Both the position numbers and the translations under genes were made by a program. A stretch of 64,000 bases of DNA from an uncultured Pelagibacteraceae bacterium (GTDB lineage Bacteria > Pseudomonadota > Alphaproteobacteria > Pelagibacterales > Pelagibacteraceae). This document shows positions 41,613 to 52,014 of this stretch, piece by piece. Each line of letters opens with the position of its first letter. The first letter of the stretch is position 1. The stretch covers positions 3,669-67,668 of the forward strand of contig CACPGB010000001.1 in the NCBI GenBank assembly GCA_902633515.1, written 5' to 3'. Under the pieces are notes generated by a model. The model was not told the DNA's origin, made no database searches, and saw only the letters and a list, made by a program, of their open reading frames with translations.

Positions 41613-43166
41613 ATGTTAAATAAAAGAGCAGATAAACTTGAACTATTAAGAATTGCAGAGGCAGTAGCTTTAGAAAAATCTATCGATAAAGAACTTATAA
41701 TTAATTCAATGGAAACCGGAATTGCAAAAGCTGCAAAATCTAAATTTGGTCAAGATAACGAGATTAAAGTTATAATAAATCGAGATAACGGCGATATTGA
41801 GATTTTTAGAAAATTGATAGTCACAGAAAACCCAGAAAATACAAACACTGAAATTAAATTAGAGGATGCAATTATATTGAATGAAACTAACAAAGATAAA
41901 GTAATCGGAGATGAAGTCTTACAACCACTTCCCTCATTTGATTTTGGTAGAATAGCAGCTCAAACAGCTAAACAAGTAATAAATTTTAATGTAAGAGAGG
42001 CTGAGCGTGAAAGACAATTTAACGATTTTATTGATAAAAAAGATACAATATTAAGTGGAATTGTCAAAAGACTAGAATTTGGAAACGTAATCGTAGATCT
42101 TGGAAGAACAGAGGCAATTATCCAGAAAAATGAAATTATCCCAAGAGAAAATATTAAAGCTGGAGATAGAATTAAAGCGTATTGTTTTGATGTAAGAAGA
42201 GAGCCCCGTGGTCAACAAATATTTTTATCAAGAGCACATCCTAAATTTATGGAAAAACTTTTTGTTCAGGAAGTTCCTGAAATTTATGATGGTTTGATTG
42301 AAATAAAATCATCTTCTAGAGATCCAGGAAGTAGAGCAAAAATTTGTGTAAAAGCGGTTGATACATCACTGGACCCAGTTGGAGCATGTGTTGGTATGAG
42401 GGGATCCCGTGTTCAAGCAGTGGTAAATGAATTACAAGGAGAAAAAATTGATATAGTAAATTGGTCTGAAGATCCTGCAATTTTAGTTTCCAATGCTTTA
42501 TCTCCAGCTGAAGTTCAAAGAGTAAATGTAGATTTAGAAAGAAAAAAATTAGATGTGATTCTTACAGAGGAAAATTTGAGTAAAGCTATTGGAAGAAGGG
42601 GGCAAAATGTAAGGCTTGCCACTAAACTATTAAATTTTGAAATAAATATTATGACAGATGCAGAGGACTCAGAAAGAAGACAATTGGAGTTCAAAGAGAA
42701 AACAGAAAATTTTGTAAAGAATTTAGAATTAGATGAAACACTTGGACAACTTCTTGTGGCCGAAGGTTACTCCACTATTGACGATATAAAAGACAGTTCA
42801 GCAGAAAGTTTATTGAAAATTGAAGGTATAGAGGAAGAGACCGCAAAAGCCCTTATAGAAAGAGCAAAAGACTTTCATCAAAAAGACCAAGAGGATATTT
42901 CTGAGAGGATTAAAGAATTAGGCTTAGATGACAAACTAATTAATTTAAAGGGGTTAACTCCAGGAATGTTAGTAACTTTAGGTGATCAAAAAATTCTCAC
43001 ACTTCAAGATTTTGCGGATCTAGCATCAGATGAGCTAACAGGTGGATATGATGTTTTAAAAGGTGAAAGAGTGAAAATTCATGGTTATCTTGAGGATTTT
43101 GCCTTATCAAAAGAGGAAGCGGATGAATTGATTATGTCTGCAAGAAAAATTGTTTATGAAGATTGA
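41613..43166 (+). CDS. nusA: Transcription termination/antitermination factor NusA
   Basis: FGRIAAQTAKQ, RDPGSRAK, GACVGMRGSR, AIGRRGQN; start chosen downstream of the SD. Confidence 0.97.
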   Translation: MLNKRADKLELLRIAEAVALEKSIDKELIINSMETGIAKAAKSKFGQDNEIKVIINRDNGDIEIFRKLIVTENPENTNTEIKLEDAIILNETNKDKVIGDEVLQPLPSFDFGRIAAQTAKQVINFNVREAERERQFNDFIDKKDTILSGIVKRLEFGNVIVDLGRTEAIIQKNEIIPRENIKAGDRIKAYCFDVRREPRGQQIFLSRAHPKFMEKLFVQEVPEIYDGLIEIKSSSRDPGSRAKICVKAVDTSLDPVGACVGMRGSRVQAVVNELQGEKIDIVNWSEDPAILVSNALSPAEVQRVNVDLERKKLDVILTEENLSKAIGRRGQNVRLATKLLNFEINIMTDAEDSERRQLEFKEKTENFVKNLELDETLGQLLVAEGYSTIDDIKDSSAESLLKIEGIEEETAKALIERAKDFHQKDQEDISERIKELGLDDKLINLKGLTPGMLVTLGDQKILTLQDFADLASDELTGGYDVLKGERVKIHGYLEDFALSKEEADELIMSARKIVYED

Positions 43167-43176
43167 GAGATGAACT

Positions 43177-45399
43177 ATGGAAAAAAAAACAAAATTAACA
43201 ATATCAGGTGGTATAGCCAAAAAATCAATCAAAAATATAGATAAAGCAAAAAATCTTGGAAAAAATTCTGTAATAATAGAAAAACAAACTAGTAAATTTA
43301 CCAGCAGAGCAGATTCATTCAAGTCTAATACGTCAAAAATAAAAAATAATTTTACAAGTAACAAAGGAACCTTTAGCAGACCAAATTATGTTTCTAAATC
43401 GACGCCCTTAACAACTGATTTTGAGAGACGTAAATTAGCTGAACAAAGAGCTACCAAAAGACTTAAAGAAGAAAATGAAAATAAAAATAAAAAATCTTCT
43501 AAATCTGGTGCTAAAAAGAGAGAGTTAAAACTTACGGTTTCTCGAGCTTTGAGTGATCAAATTGAAGCAAGAGAAAGAAGTTTAGCTTCAGTAAAAAGGG
43601 CAAGACAAAAAGAAAATAGAAATCTGACTAAAGAGGAAGTTCAAGAAAATTTAAAGCCAATTAAAAGAGACATAAATATCCCTGAAGTTATTACAGTTAG
43701 AGAACTTGCAAACAGAATGGCTGAACAATCAAGTAATATTATAAAACATATGTTTGGAATGGGAGTAACAGTGACGATTAATCAAAATTTAGCTGCAGAT
43801 ACCGCAGAGTATTTAGTAAAAGAATTTGGTCACAATCCAATTCGAGAAGAAAAAGCCGAGGAGATAATTCAAAAAATCAAAGCATCAAGGACTGAGAATT
43901 TAAAAAATAGACCACCAATAATTACAGTTATGGGCCATGTTGATCATGGTAAAACTTCAGTTCTAGACGTTTTAAGAAGTGCAAATGTGGTTTCGGGTGA
44001 GTTTGGAGGAATAACCCAACACATAGGTGCTTACCAAATAGAAAATCAATCTAATAAGTTAACATTCATTGATACTCCTGGGCATGCAGCGTTTACTGAA
44101 ATGAGATCTAGAGGATCAAAACTGACAGACATTGTTGTTTTGGTAGTTGCAGCTGATGATGGAGTAAAACCCCAAACAATTGAGTCTATTAAACATGCTA
44201 AAGCTGCAAATGTCCCAATAGTTGTTGCTATTAATAAATGTGATTTACCAGAGGCTGATCCCAAAAAAATAAAAAATCAACTTCTTGAGCATGAGTTAAT
44301 AGCTGAAGATCTATCAGGTGAAACTTTAATGGTAGAAATATCTGCAAAAACTAAATCAAATTTGGATAAACTGATTGAAGCCATTATACTTCAAGCAGAA
44401 ATTTTAGATCTCAAAACTGATTTTGAATCAAAAGCAACAGGTATTGTTTTAGAATCCAAAATCGATATTGGAAGAGGCCCAGTTGCTACAATTATTGTAA
44501 CTACAGGTACTTTAAAAAAAGGGGATTTTTTTGTAAGTGGTCTAAAATGGGGAAAAATTCGAGCAATTATAAATGATAAAGGGAAAAATATTGATGAAGC
44601 CTTACCTTCTACACCTGTAGAAATATTAGGAATTAATGGTGCTGCAAAAGCCGGTGATGATTTTATAGTTCTAGATAACGAGCAAGAAGCCAAAAATTTA
44701 AGTGAAAATAGAGCTCAAGAGAGCAAAGATGGTAAAAACCCATTAACATTTGCGACTAAAGAGTCAGCTTTTTCCAATAAATCTTCCGAGGAATTAAATT
44801 TAATAATTAAGTCTGATGTTCATGGTTCCTCTGAGGCAATTAAAAACGCCATTAGTCAAATTGAGCACAGTGAAGTAAAAACAAAAATTATTTTAGCTGA
44901 TATTGGCATGGTAACAGAGACCGATGTGACTCTTGCAAAGGCCTCAAATGCAGTTTTGATAGCATTTAATGTTAAGCCGAGCAAAGAAGCTAAAAAACTT
45001 GCAGAAAATGAAAGGATAGATATTTCATCATACAACATAATCTACGAAGTTTTAGATTTCGTAAAAAAAAGAATGTCCGGATTATTAACACCAGATCTTA
45101 AGGAAAAAATCACAGGAACTGCTCATATTTTAGAAATTTTTAAAGTTTCAGGAGCGGGTAAAGTTGCTGGCTCAAAAGTGACAGATGGAGAAATTAATAG
45201 TAATTCAGATGTTAGATTGATTAGAGATGGTGCAATTGTTTTTACAGGAAAAGTTGGAAGTTTATTCAGAGAGAAAAATCAAGTAAAACAAGTAAACAAT
45301 GGTCAAGAATGTGGAATTGCACTTAAAGATTATATAGATTTTCAAAAAAATGATACAATCGAAGCTTTTAGTATTATATCTAAAGAGAGGACAATATAA
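43177..45399 (+). CDS. infB: Translation initiation factor IF-2
   Basis: [27 protein letters not shown]. Confidence 0.98.
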   Translation: MEKKTKLTISGGIAKKSIKNIDKAKNLGKNSVIIEKQTSKFTSRADSFKSNTSKIKNNFTSNKGTFSRPNYVSKSTPLTTDFERRKLAEQRATKRLKEENENKNKKSSKSGAKKRELKLTVSRALSDQIEARERSLASVKRARQKENRNLTKEEVQENLKPIKRDINIPEVITVRELANRMAEQSSNIIKHMFGMGVTVTINQNLAADTAEYLVKEFGHNPIREEKAEEIIQKIKASRTENLKNRPPIITVMGHVDHGKTSVLDVLRSANVVSGEFGGITQHIGAYQIENQSNKLTFIDTPGHAAFTEMRSRGSKLTDIVVLVVAADDGVKPQTIESIKHAKAANVPIVVAINKCDLPEADPKKIKNQLLEHELIAEDLSGETLMVEISAKTKSNLDKLIEAIILQAEILDLKTDFESKATGIVLESKIDIGRGPVATIIVTTGTLKKGDFFVSGLKWGKIRAIINDKGKNIDEALPSTPVEILGINGAAKAGDDFIVLDNEQEAKNLSENRAQESKDGKNPLTFATKESAFSNKSSEELNLIIKSDVHGSSEAIKNAISQIEHSEVKTKIILADIGMVTETDVTLAKASNAVLIAFNVKPSKEAKKLAENERIDISSYNIIYEVLDFVKKRMSGLLTPDLKEKITGTAHILEIFKVSGAGKVAGSKVTDGEINSNSDVRLIRDGAIVFTGKVGSLFREKNQVKQVNNGQECGIALKDYIDFQKNDTIEAFSIISKERTI

Positions 45400-45767
45400 T
45401 GGCGGATAGAATAGGAAAACCAATTTCTCAGAGACAATTGCGGGTTGGTGAAATGATTAAGCAGTCTCTAAGTATGATTTTCATAAGAAATGAAGCTAAA
45501 GTGCCTAATTTAGAGACAAATACAATAACTGTTACTGAAGTAAGAATGAGCCAAGATTTAAAAATAGCCAAAGCATATGTTCTTCCACTCGGAGGGAAAA
45601 ATGCTGAGGAAAGTATTAATATTTTAAAGGAATATTCTTTTTTAATTAGAAAGATTTTATCACAAAAGGTAGTAATGAAATTTCTACCAAAATTAATTTT
45701 TAGAAAAGATGAATCTTTTGAGTATGCGGAAAAAATAGAAAACTTAATAAAACAAACAAATAAATAG
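45399..45767 (+). CDS. rbfA: Ribosome-binding factor A
   Basis: RQLRVGE, TVTEVRMSQDLKIAK, PKLIF; follows infB. Confidence 0.94.
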   Translation: MADRIGKPISQRQLRVGEMIKQSLSMIFIRNEAKVPNLETNTITVTEVRMSQDLKIAKAYVLPLGGKNAEESINILKEYSFLIRKILSQKVVMKFLPKLIFRKDESFEYAEKIENLIKQTNK

Positions 45768-45779
45768 GAAAAATGAAGC

Positions 45780-46028
45780 ATGAACAAAAAGGCACAAGAA
45801 TTAGCAATGCATGATAAAGATACTGGATCCTCTGAGATACAGATTGCTTTGTTAACAGAGAAAATTGAAACTCTCTCTAGACACATTAAGCAATTCAAAA
45901 AAGATAAACATTCGTCTGTTGGATTGTTGAGAGCAGTAAATAGAAGAAAGAAATTATTGGAATACTTAAAGAAAACAAAAATAGATTCTTATAAGAATGT
46001 ACTGTCGAAATTGAATTTAAGAAAATAG
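45780..46028 (+). CDS. rpsO: 30S ribosomal protein S15
   Basis: DTGSSEIQIALLT, KDKHS, RRKKLLEYL. Confidence 0.96.
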   Translation: MNKKAQELAMHDKDTGSSEIQIALLTEKIETLSRHIKQFKKDKHSSVGLLRAVNRRKKLLEYLKKTKIDSYKNVLSKLNLRK

Positions 46029-46035
46029 AAGTCAA

Positions 46036-46090
46036 GATAGATAGATAGAACGAAACGAACGAAATGAACGAAACGAAATGGAAATGAAAT
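46036..46090 (+). repeat. Purine-rich simple tandem repeat filling the rpsO-pnp spacer
   Basis: (GATA)x3 followed by nine GAA(A)Y units, the last running into the pnp ATG. Confidence 0.85.
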
Positions 46091-48161
46091 GTTTAAAGCA
46101 CATAAGAAGGAAATAGAACTAGCAGGAAAGAAAATAAGTTTAGAGACAGGTAAAGTAGCAAGACAAGCAGATGGAGCGATCATCGCAACGTGCGGTGAAA
46201 CAGTTGTTTTAGCAACAGTAGTTGGAGCAAAGAAAGTAAACCCGGATATGGATTATTTTCCTTTATCAGTTAATTACCAAGAGAAATATTATGCAGGTGG
46301 AAAAATCCCTGGTGGATATTTTAAAAGAGAAGCAAGACCAACTGAAAGTGAAACATTAATCTCTAGATTAATTGACAGACCAATCAGACCTTTGTTTCCT
46401 GATGAATTTAAAAATGAAGTACAGTTGTTACCAACAGTAATTTCTTACGACAAAGAAAACCAACCAGATATTTTAGCAATTACCGCTTCATCAGCGGCAT
46501 TAGCTATTTCAGGAATGCCATTTATGGGTCCTGTAGGAGCCTCTAGAGTGGGCTATATTGATGATAAGTATATTCTTAACCCATCAAAGGAAGAATTAGA
46601 AAATTCAAGTTTAGATTTAGTTGTAGCAGGTACTAAAGATGCAGTGCTTATGGTTGAATCTGAAACATCAGGTTTATCTGAAGAAGTAATGTTAGCAGCA
46701 GTTAAATTTGGTCACGAAGGATTTGTTCCAGTAATCGAAATGATCGAGGAACTTGCAAAAGAATGCAAAAAACCTGAGTGGACTGTTGAGAAAAAAGATT
46801 TATCCGAAGTTAAACAAAAACTTGAGGAGACTTTCACAGAAGATTTAATAAAAGCTTTTGCAACTAGAGATAAACAAGATAGATCAAATCAAATTTCAGA
46901 AATTACTGATAAAGCTAAAAAGCTTTTTGAAGAAAATGAAAATTACTCTGATCTTGATGTTAATTCTCAGCTTAAAAATTTAGAGAAGAAAATTGTTAGA
47001 ACTGATATTCTTAAAAATAAAAATAGAATTGATGGTAGAGGATTATCTGAAGTAAGACCCATCTCATGCGAAGTCGGAGTATTACCAAGAACACATGGTT
47101 CTGCTTTATTTACCAGAGGAGAAACACAAGCAATTGTTGTAACTACCTTAGGTACATCTGATGATGAACAAAGAATTGAAAGTCTAGACGGTCTTCAAAG
47201 AGAACGATTTATGCTCCACTATAATTTTCCTCCGTTTTCAGTTGGTGAAACTGGAAGAATTGGAACTGGTAGACGTGAAATTGGTCATGGTAAACTAGCT
47301 TGGAGAGCAATTAACTCTTCATTACCCTCGAAAGAGGTGTTTCCATATACTTTTAGAATAGTATCAGAGATTACAGAGTCTAATGGTTCCTCTTCTATGG
47401 CTACTGTTTGTGGAGCATCTTTAGCATTAATGGATGCTGGTGTTCCGATTAAAGAACCAGTTGCAGGTATTGCAATGGGTTTAATTAAAGAGGGTGACGA
47501 TTTTAGTGTCTTGTCAGATATTTTAGGTGATGAAGATCATTTAGGTGATATGGACTTTAAAGTTGCTGGAACAAAAGATGGAATTACTTCACTTCAAATG
47601 GATATCAAAATTACAGGTATCACTTTTGAGATCATGGAGCAGGCACTAAGTCAAGCTAAAGAAGGTAGGATTCATATTTTAGGTGAAATGAATAAAGCTT
47701 TAGGAGAATCTAGAACTAATGTTGGAAAGCATACTCCAAAAATGGAACAAGTAACTGTTGATAAAAAAGATATTGCTGCAGTTATTGGAAAAGGTGGAGC
47801 AACCATTAGAGAGATCGTTGAAAAATCAGGTGCAAAGGTAGATATAAATGATGAAGGAGTTGTAACAGTTGCTGCTCCTGACGAAGAGTCTAGAAAAATC
47901 GCTATGCAAATGATTAAAGATATTACTGCAAAAGCTGAAATCAATAAAATTTATTCAGGTAAAGTTATGAAGATTATGGAGTTTGGTGCATTTGTTAATT
48001 TTTTAGGAAAACAAGACGGACTTGTTCATATTTCAGAGCTTGCAGATAAAAGAGTCGCTAAAGTTACTGATGTAGTGAAAGAAGGTGACGAAGTAAAAGT
48101 AAAAGTGATTGGTTTTGATAGAGGAAAAGTTAAACTTTCTATGAAACAAGCGGCTAAATGA
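46089..48161 (+). CDS. pnp: Polyribonucleotide nucleotidyltransferase (PNPase)
   Basis: [37 protein letters not shown] and S1 domains. Confidence 0.98.
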   Translation: MFKAHKKEIELAGKKISLETGKVARQADGAIIATCGETVVLATVVGAKKVNPDMDYFPLSVNYQEKYYAGGKIPGGYFKREARPTESETLISRLIDRPIRPLFPDEFKNEVQLLPTVISYDKENQPDILAITASSAALAISGMPFMGPVGASRVGYIDDKYILNPSKEELENSSLDLVVAGTKDAVLMVESETSGLSEEVMLAAVKFGHEGFVPVIEMIEELAKECKKPEWTVEKKDLSEVKQKLEETFTEDLIKAFATRDKQDRSNQISEITDKAKKLFEENENYSDLDVNSQLKNLEKKIVRTDILKNKNRIDGRGLSEVRPISCEVGVLPRTHGSALFTRGETQAIVVTTLGTSDDEQRIESLDGLQRERFMLHYNFPPFSVGETGRIGTGRREIGHGKLAWRAINSSLPSKEVFPYTFRIVSEITESNGSSSMATVCGASLALMDAGVPIKEPVAGIAMGLIKEGDDFSVLSDILGDEDHLGDMDFKVAGTKDGITSLQMDIKITGITFEIMEQALSQAKEGRIHILGEMNKALGESRTNVGKHTPKMEQVTVDKKDIAAVIGKGGATIREIVEKSGAKVDINDEGVVTVAAPDEESRKIAMQMIKDITAKAEINKIYSGKVMKIMEFGAFVNFLGKQDGLVHISELADKRVAKVTDVVKEGDEVKVKVIGFDRGKVKLSMKQAAK

Positions 48162-48221
48162 CAAGTTAAATGGTTGGGATAATAGCAACTATCAATATGT
48201 CTGAAAATTTAATTAAATCTA

Positions 48222-48926
48222 ATGGAAATAAATTTCAAAGGTTTAAGTTTTATCGTTGATTATGATGATTACCAAGAATTTTGGGGTAATTTTCATGATT
48301 GGGAAAATAAAGATTTAGATTTTGTAATTGAAAAAGCTGAAAAAGATAAAATTTTTATAGATATTGGAGCATGGATTGGCCCTTACACCTTAGTTGCAGC
48401 TAAACTAGGTATGAGAGTATTTGCATTTGAACCTGATAAAATAGCATTTGAAATATTAAAAAAAAATATACAACTAAATGAGTTTAAATATAAGCCAGAA
48501 ATATATAATTTTGGATTGTCAAAAAAAGAGACAATTGCCTATCTTTATTCCAATACAAACGAATTTGGAAAATCTGAGAGTAGTATAATCAATTATAAGA
48601 ATAAACAAAATTCTAAAAGATGTGAAATAAAACTAAAAAAATTTTTACAGGAAATAAACAAAATTCAGATTAATAATTCAAGCTCTAAAATTAAAATTTT
48701 AAAAGTAGATATTGAAGGAGGTGAATTTCTTTTTGAAAAAGATATTTATGATTTTGTAAAATTAAATAAATTATATTGTATCCTCTCATATCATCATATG
48801 GTTTTTAATAGTAATAAAATCAAAAAAAATCTTTTAAAAATAAGAACTTTGTTCTACCAATTTATGGTTCAAAAAATTTATCCAACAAAAAATAAATTCA
48901 AAATAGCTTCTATTTTTAAGGGTTAG
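48222..48926 (+). CDS. FkbM-family SAM-dependent methyltransferase
   Basis: DIGAWIG, VFAFEP, KVDIEGGE. Confidence 0.88.
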   Translation: MEINFKGLSFIVDYDDYQEFWGNFHDWENKDLDFVIEKAEKDKIFIDIGAWIGPYTLVAAKLGMRVFAFEPDKIAFEILKKNIQLNEFKYKPEIYNFGLSKKETIAYLYSNTNEFGKSESSIINYKNKQNSKRCEIKLKKFLQEINKIQINNSSSKIKILKVDIEGGEFLFEKDIYDFVKLNKLYCILSYHHMVFNSNKIKKNLLKIRTLFYQFMVQKIYPTKNKFKIASIFKG

Positions 48927-48930
48927 ATTT

Positions 48931-49716
48931 TTAAGAAATATTTTTTGGGTCTGGCATCCCGACTTTGTTATATCCAGCGTCAACATAGTGAATTTCACCA
49001 GTAACACCATTTGCAAGATCGCTCAGTAGATATAATGCTGAATTTCCAACATCATGAATATCTACATTTCGTTTAAGTAAAGAATGGTCTTCATTCCATT
49101 TATATAGAAATTTTGCATCACCTATTGCAGAAGCTGCTAGTGTTTTAATAGGTCCTGCGCTAATGGCATTTACTCTCATACCTTTTGCACCTAAATCCCT
49201 GGCTAAATACTTAACACTAGACTCGAGTGCAGCTTTGCAAACACCCATTACATTATAATTGGGAATAGCCTTGTTTGCTTCGTAGCTTAGGGTAATTAAA
49301 CTTCCACCATCTTTCATTACTTTAGATGCTTCTTTTGCAACCTCAGTAAATGAAAAACATGAAATTATCATACTTCTTAAAAAATTTTCCCTAGTAGTAT
49401 TTAAATATTCTCCAGATAATTCTGATTTATCAGAAAATGCAATTGCATGAACTACAAAATCAATTTCACCCCATCGTGATTTAACATCTTCAAATAATTT
49501 TGTTACATCTTCTTTTTTTTCAACGTCACAGCTAAATGTAACTTTTGAATTCAGTTTTTCTGCTAAAGGAATTACTCTTTTCTTTAAAGCATCACCTAGA
49601 TAAGTAAATGCAAGTTCAGCTCCAGCTTCTGAAAGTTTTTGTGAAATACCCCAAGCAATAGATCTTTCATTTGCAACACCCATTATCAATCCTTTTTTAC
49701 CCCTCATCAAACTCAT
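48931..49716 (-). CDS. fabI: Enoyl-ACP reductase
   Basis: GVANERSIAWGI, YNVMGVCKAALE, SAGPIKTLA. Confidence 0.97.
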   Translation of the reverse strand: MSLMRGKKGLIMGVANERSIAWGISQKLSEAGAELAFTYLGDALKKRVIPLAEKLNSKVTFSCDVEKKEDVTKLFEDVKSRWGEIDFVVHAIAFSDKSELSGEYLNTTRENFLRSMIISCFSFTEVAKEASKVMKDGGSLITLSYEANKAIPNYNVMGVCKAALESSVKYLARDLGAKGMRVNAISAGPIKTLAASAIGDAKFLYKWNEDHSLLKRNVDIHDVGNSALYLLSDLANGVTGEIHYVDAGYNKVGMPDPKNIS

Positions 49717-49718
49717 AA

Positions 49719-50930
49719 CTATATTTTTTCAAAAATTAAAGCAGCATTAGTACCACCAAAACCAAAACTATTAGACATTATAGTATTTAATGTAACGTTA
49801 TTTTCAGTTTTAGAAATTATTGGGAATTTTTTAGCTTCTTCGTCCATTTCAGTAATATTAGCCGACCCAGCAATGAAATTATTTTTCATCATAATCAAGC
49901 AATAGATCGCTTCATGAACGGAAGCGGCTCCCAAAGGATGTCCTGATAAAGATTTAGTTGAACTAATTTTTGGAATATCATCCCCAAAGGTATTTTTAAT
50001 TGCATTTAGCTCTGTGATGTCCCCAACTGGAGTTGAAGTTCCATGAGTATTTATATAATCAATTTTATTTTTAGATGTTGCCATAGCCATCTTCATACAA
50101 CGTACCGCCCCCTCACCTGATGGAGCCACCATATCATATCCATCTGAAGTTGCTCCATAACCAGTTAATTCCGCGTATATTTTAGCTCCTCTTGCTTTGG
50201 CATGTTCATATTCCTCAAGCACTAACACTCCACCACCACCCGCTATTACAAAACCATCTCTAGTTTTGTCGTATGCTCTTGATGCAGTCTCTGGGGTATC
50301 ATTATATTTTGATGATAAAGCAGTCATGGCATCAAACATCGCTGTCATTGCCCAGTGAACTTCTTCACTGCCACCTGCAAAAATAATATCCTGCTTACCT
50401 ATTTGAATTAATTCCATCGCATTTCCAATACAATGTCCACTTGTTGAACAAGCTGAACTCATTGTGTAGTTAGTGCCTTTAATTTTAAACGGAACAGCAA
50501 GTGTAGCTGAGGCTGTACTGGCCATCGTTCTCGGAACAATAAATGGGCCCATTAATTTTGGAGTTTTGGCTCTAGTCTTATCGGCTGCTAAGATAACATT
50601 TTCAATTGAGGGTCCACCCGAACCCATCACAATCCCAGTTTTAAAATTACTTACTTCCTTTTCCTCTAAACCCGAATCTTTAATTGCCTCTTTCATTGCT
50701 ATATAGTTATAAGCAGAGCCCGAGCCCATAAACCTTATTGTTTTTCGATCAATATGATCTTCAAGTTTAATATTTGGTTTTCCATGAACATGGCATCTAA
50801 GATTATGTTCTTTGTATTCTTCGGCGTGTGAGATTCCTGATTTTGAATTTATCAAAGAGTGATGTACTTCTTCTTGATTATTACCTAAACAAGAAACAAC
50901 TCCTAAACCTGAAACTACCACTCTTCTCAT
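49719..50930 (-). CDS. fabB: Beta-ketoacyl-ACP synthase I
   Basis: SSACSTS, HGTST, SKSLSGH, NSFGFGG; follows fabA. Confidence 0.95.
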   Translation of the reverse strand: MRRVVVSGLGVVSCLGNNQEEVHHSLINSKSGISHAEEYKEHNLRCHVHGKPNIKLEDHIDRKTIRFMGSGSAYNYIAMKEAIKDSGLEEKEVSNFKTGIVMGSGGPSIENVILAADKTRAKTPKLMGPFIVPRTMASTASATLAVPFKIKGTNYTMSSACSTSGHCIGNAMELIQIGKQDIIFAGGSEEVHWAMTAMFDAMTALSSKYNDTPETASRAYDKTRDGFVIAGGGGVLVLEEYEHAKARGAKIYAELTGYGATSDGYDMVAPSGEGAVRCMKMAMATSKNKIDYINTHGTSTPVGDITELNAIKNTFGDDIPKISSTKSLSGHPLGAASVHEAIYCLIMMKNNFIAGSANITEMDEEAKKFPIISKTENNVTLNTIMSNSFGFGGTNAALIFEKI

Positions 50931-51430
50931 TATTTAAATAATCCTACTTTTAAATTGTCTGCTGAGTAAATCTTTTTTTCATCAGCTAGCAATATCCCAT
51001 TAGCTAGGCCAACAGTTGTTCCTCCAGGAGACATGATTTTTTTCATATCAATTTCATATTTAACTAATTTAACATTTTGTAAAACTTCACCTATAAATTT
51101 TACTGTACCAACGCCTAATGCCCTGCCTTTTCCCGGATTTCCAATCCATCCTAAATAAAACCCGACTAACTGCCACATAGCATCAAGACCAAGGCATCCA
51201 GGCATAACAGGGTCCTCTTTAAAGTGACAGCCAAAAAACCAAAGGTTTTTTTTAATATCTAATTCTGCTTTTAATGAGCCTTTACTAAAAGCACCTTTAT
51301 TGTCGTTAATTTCAGTAATTCTATCAAACATAAGCATTGGTGGAAGAGGTAATTTAGCGTTACCAGGACCAAATAGTCTGCCTTCACCACAATCTATAAG
51401 CTCATTATATGAGTAGGAGTTTTTTTTCAT
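50930..51430 (-). CDS. fabA: 3-hydroxydecanoyl-ACP dehydratase/isomerase
   Basis: [33 protein letters not shown]. Confidence 0.97.
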   Translation of the reverse strand: MKKNSYSYNELIDCGEGRLFGPGNAKLPLPPMLMFDRITEINDNKGAFSKGSLKAELDIKKNLWFFGCHFKEDPVMPGCLGLDAMWQLVGFYLGWIGNPGKGRALGVGTVKFIGEVLQNVKLVKYEIDMKKIMSPGGTTVGLANGILLADEKKIYSADNLKVGLFK

Positions 51431-51488
51431 AAATTGAGTATCCTTATTTACTTGATTTTAGCATTATATAATATAATTATAATAGTAG

Positions 51489-51505
51489 TTTAGAATAATT
51501 ATAAC
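51489..51505. promoter_or_regulatory. ICE (Irr box)-like site upstream of irr
   Basis: TTTAGAA-TAA-TTATAAC against ICE consensus TTTAGAA-N3-TTCTAAA (2 mismatches). Confidence 0.6.
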
Positions 51506-51523
51506 TAACAATATATATAAATA

Positions 51524-51922
51524 GTGCAATATTTAGATAAATTACGAAATTCTGGATTACGCCCAACCAAACAAAGACTTCAAATATGCGAGGTGTTATT
51601 TAACACTGAGAAAACATTTCATTTTACAGTTAATGAGTTGGATAAAAAAATTAAGAACAATACGGGAAATAAAATATCTTTAGCAACAATTTACAATACA
51701 ATTCATGCTTTTGAAAAAAAAGGATATTTAAAACAAATTCCTATAAATTCAAATCAGACTTATTTTGACACCAACGTTACAGACCATCATCATTTTTATG
51801 ACCTTAAAGATGAAAAACTGATCGACTTAGAAAATTGTGATGTAGGACCCATAAATATTAAAAAAAAAATCAATGGTAAGAAAATCAAGTCCATCGAAGT
51901 TCTTGTTAAACTCGAAGACTAA
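51524..51922 (+). CDS. irr: Iron response regulator Irr (Fur family)
   Basis: GLRPTKQR, SLATIYNT, YFDTNVTDHHHFY; divergent from fabA as in other alphaproteobacteria. Confidence 0.88.
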   Translation: MQYLDKLRNSGLRPTKQRLQICEVLFNTEKTFHFTVNELDKKIKNNTGNKISLATIYNTIHAFEKKGYLKQIPINSNQTYFDTNVTDHHHFYDLKDEKLIDLENCDVGPINIKKKINGKKIKSIEVLVKLED

Positions 51923-51955
51923 GAACTCAATCAATTTAGCGTCATTATTAACCAA

Positions 51956-51984
51956 TTGACACCTATTTAGAATCATTATAAACT
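51956..51984 (+). promoter_or_regulatory. sigma70 promoter of katG overlapped by an ICE (Irr box) at 51966-51982
   Basis: TTGACA-N17-TAAACT; TTTAGAA-TCA-TTATAAA has 1 mismatch to the ICE consensus. Confidence 0.75.
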
Positions 51985-52014
51985 AGGACTATCAATTAAA
52001 ACATAGGTAAATAA

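Noticed and set aside
46036-46090. Repeat before pnp as a CRISPR array
   Set aside because: Units are 4-5 nt with no spacers, and there are no cas genes
48170-48192. Weak hairpin ATGGTTG...CAACTAT after pnp as a terminator or ncRNA
   Set aside because: Short AU/GU-rich stem with no U tract; not enough support
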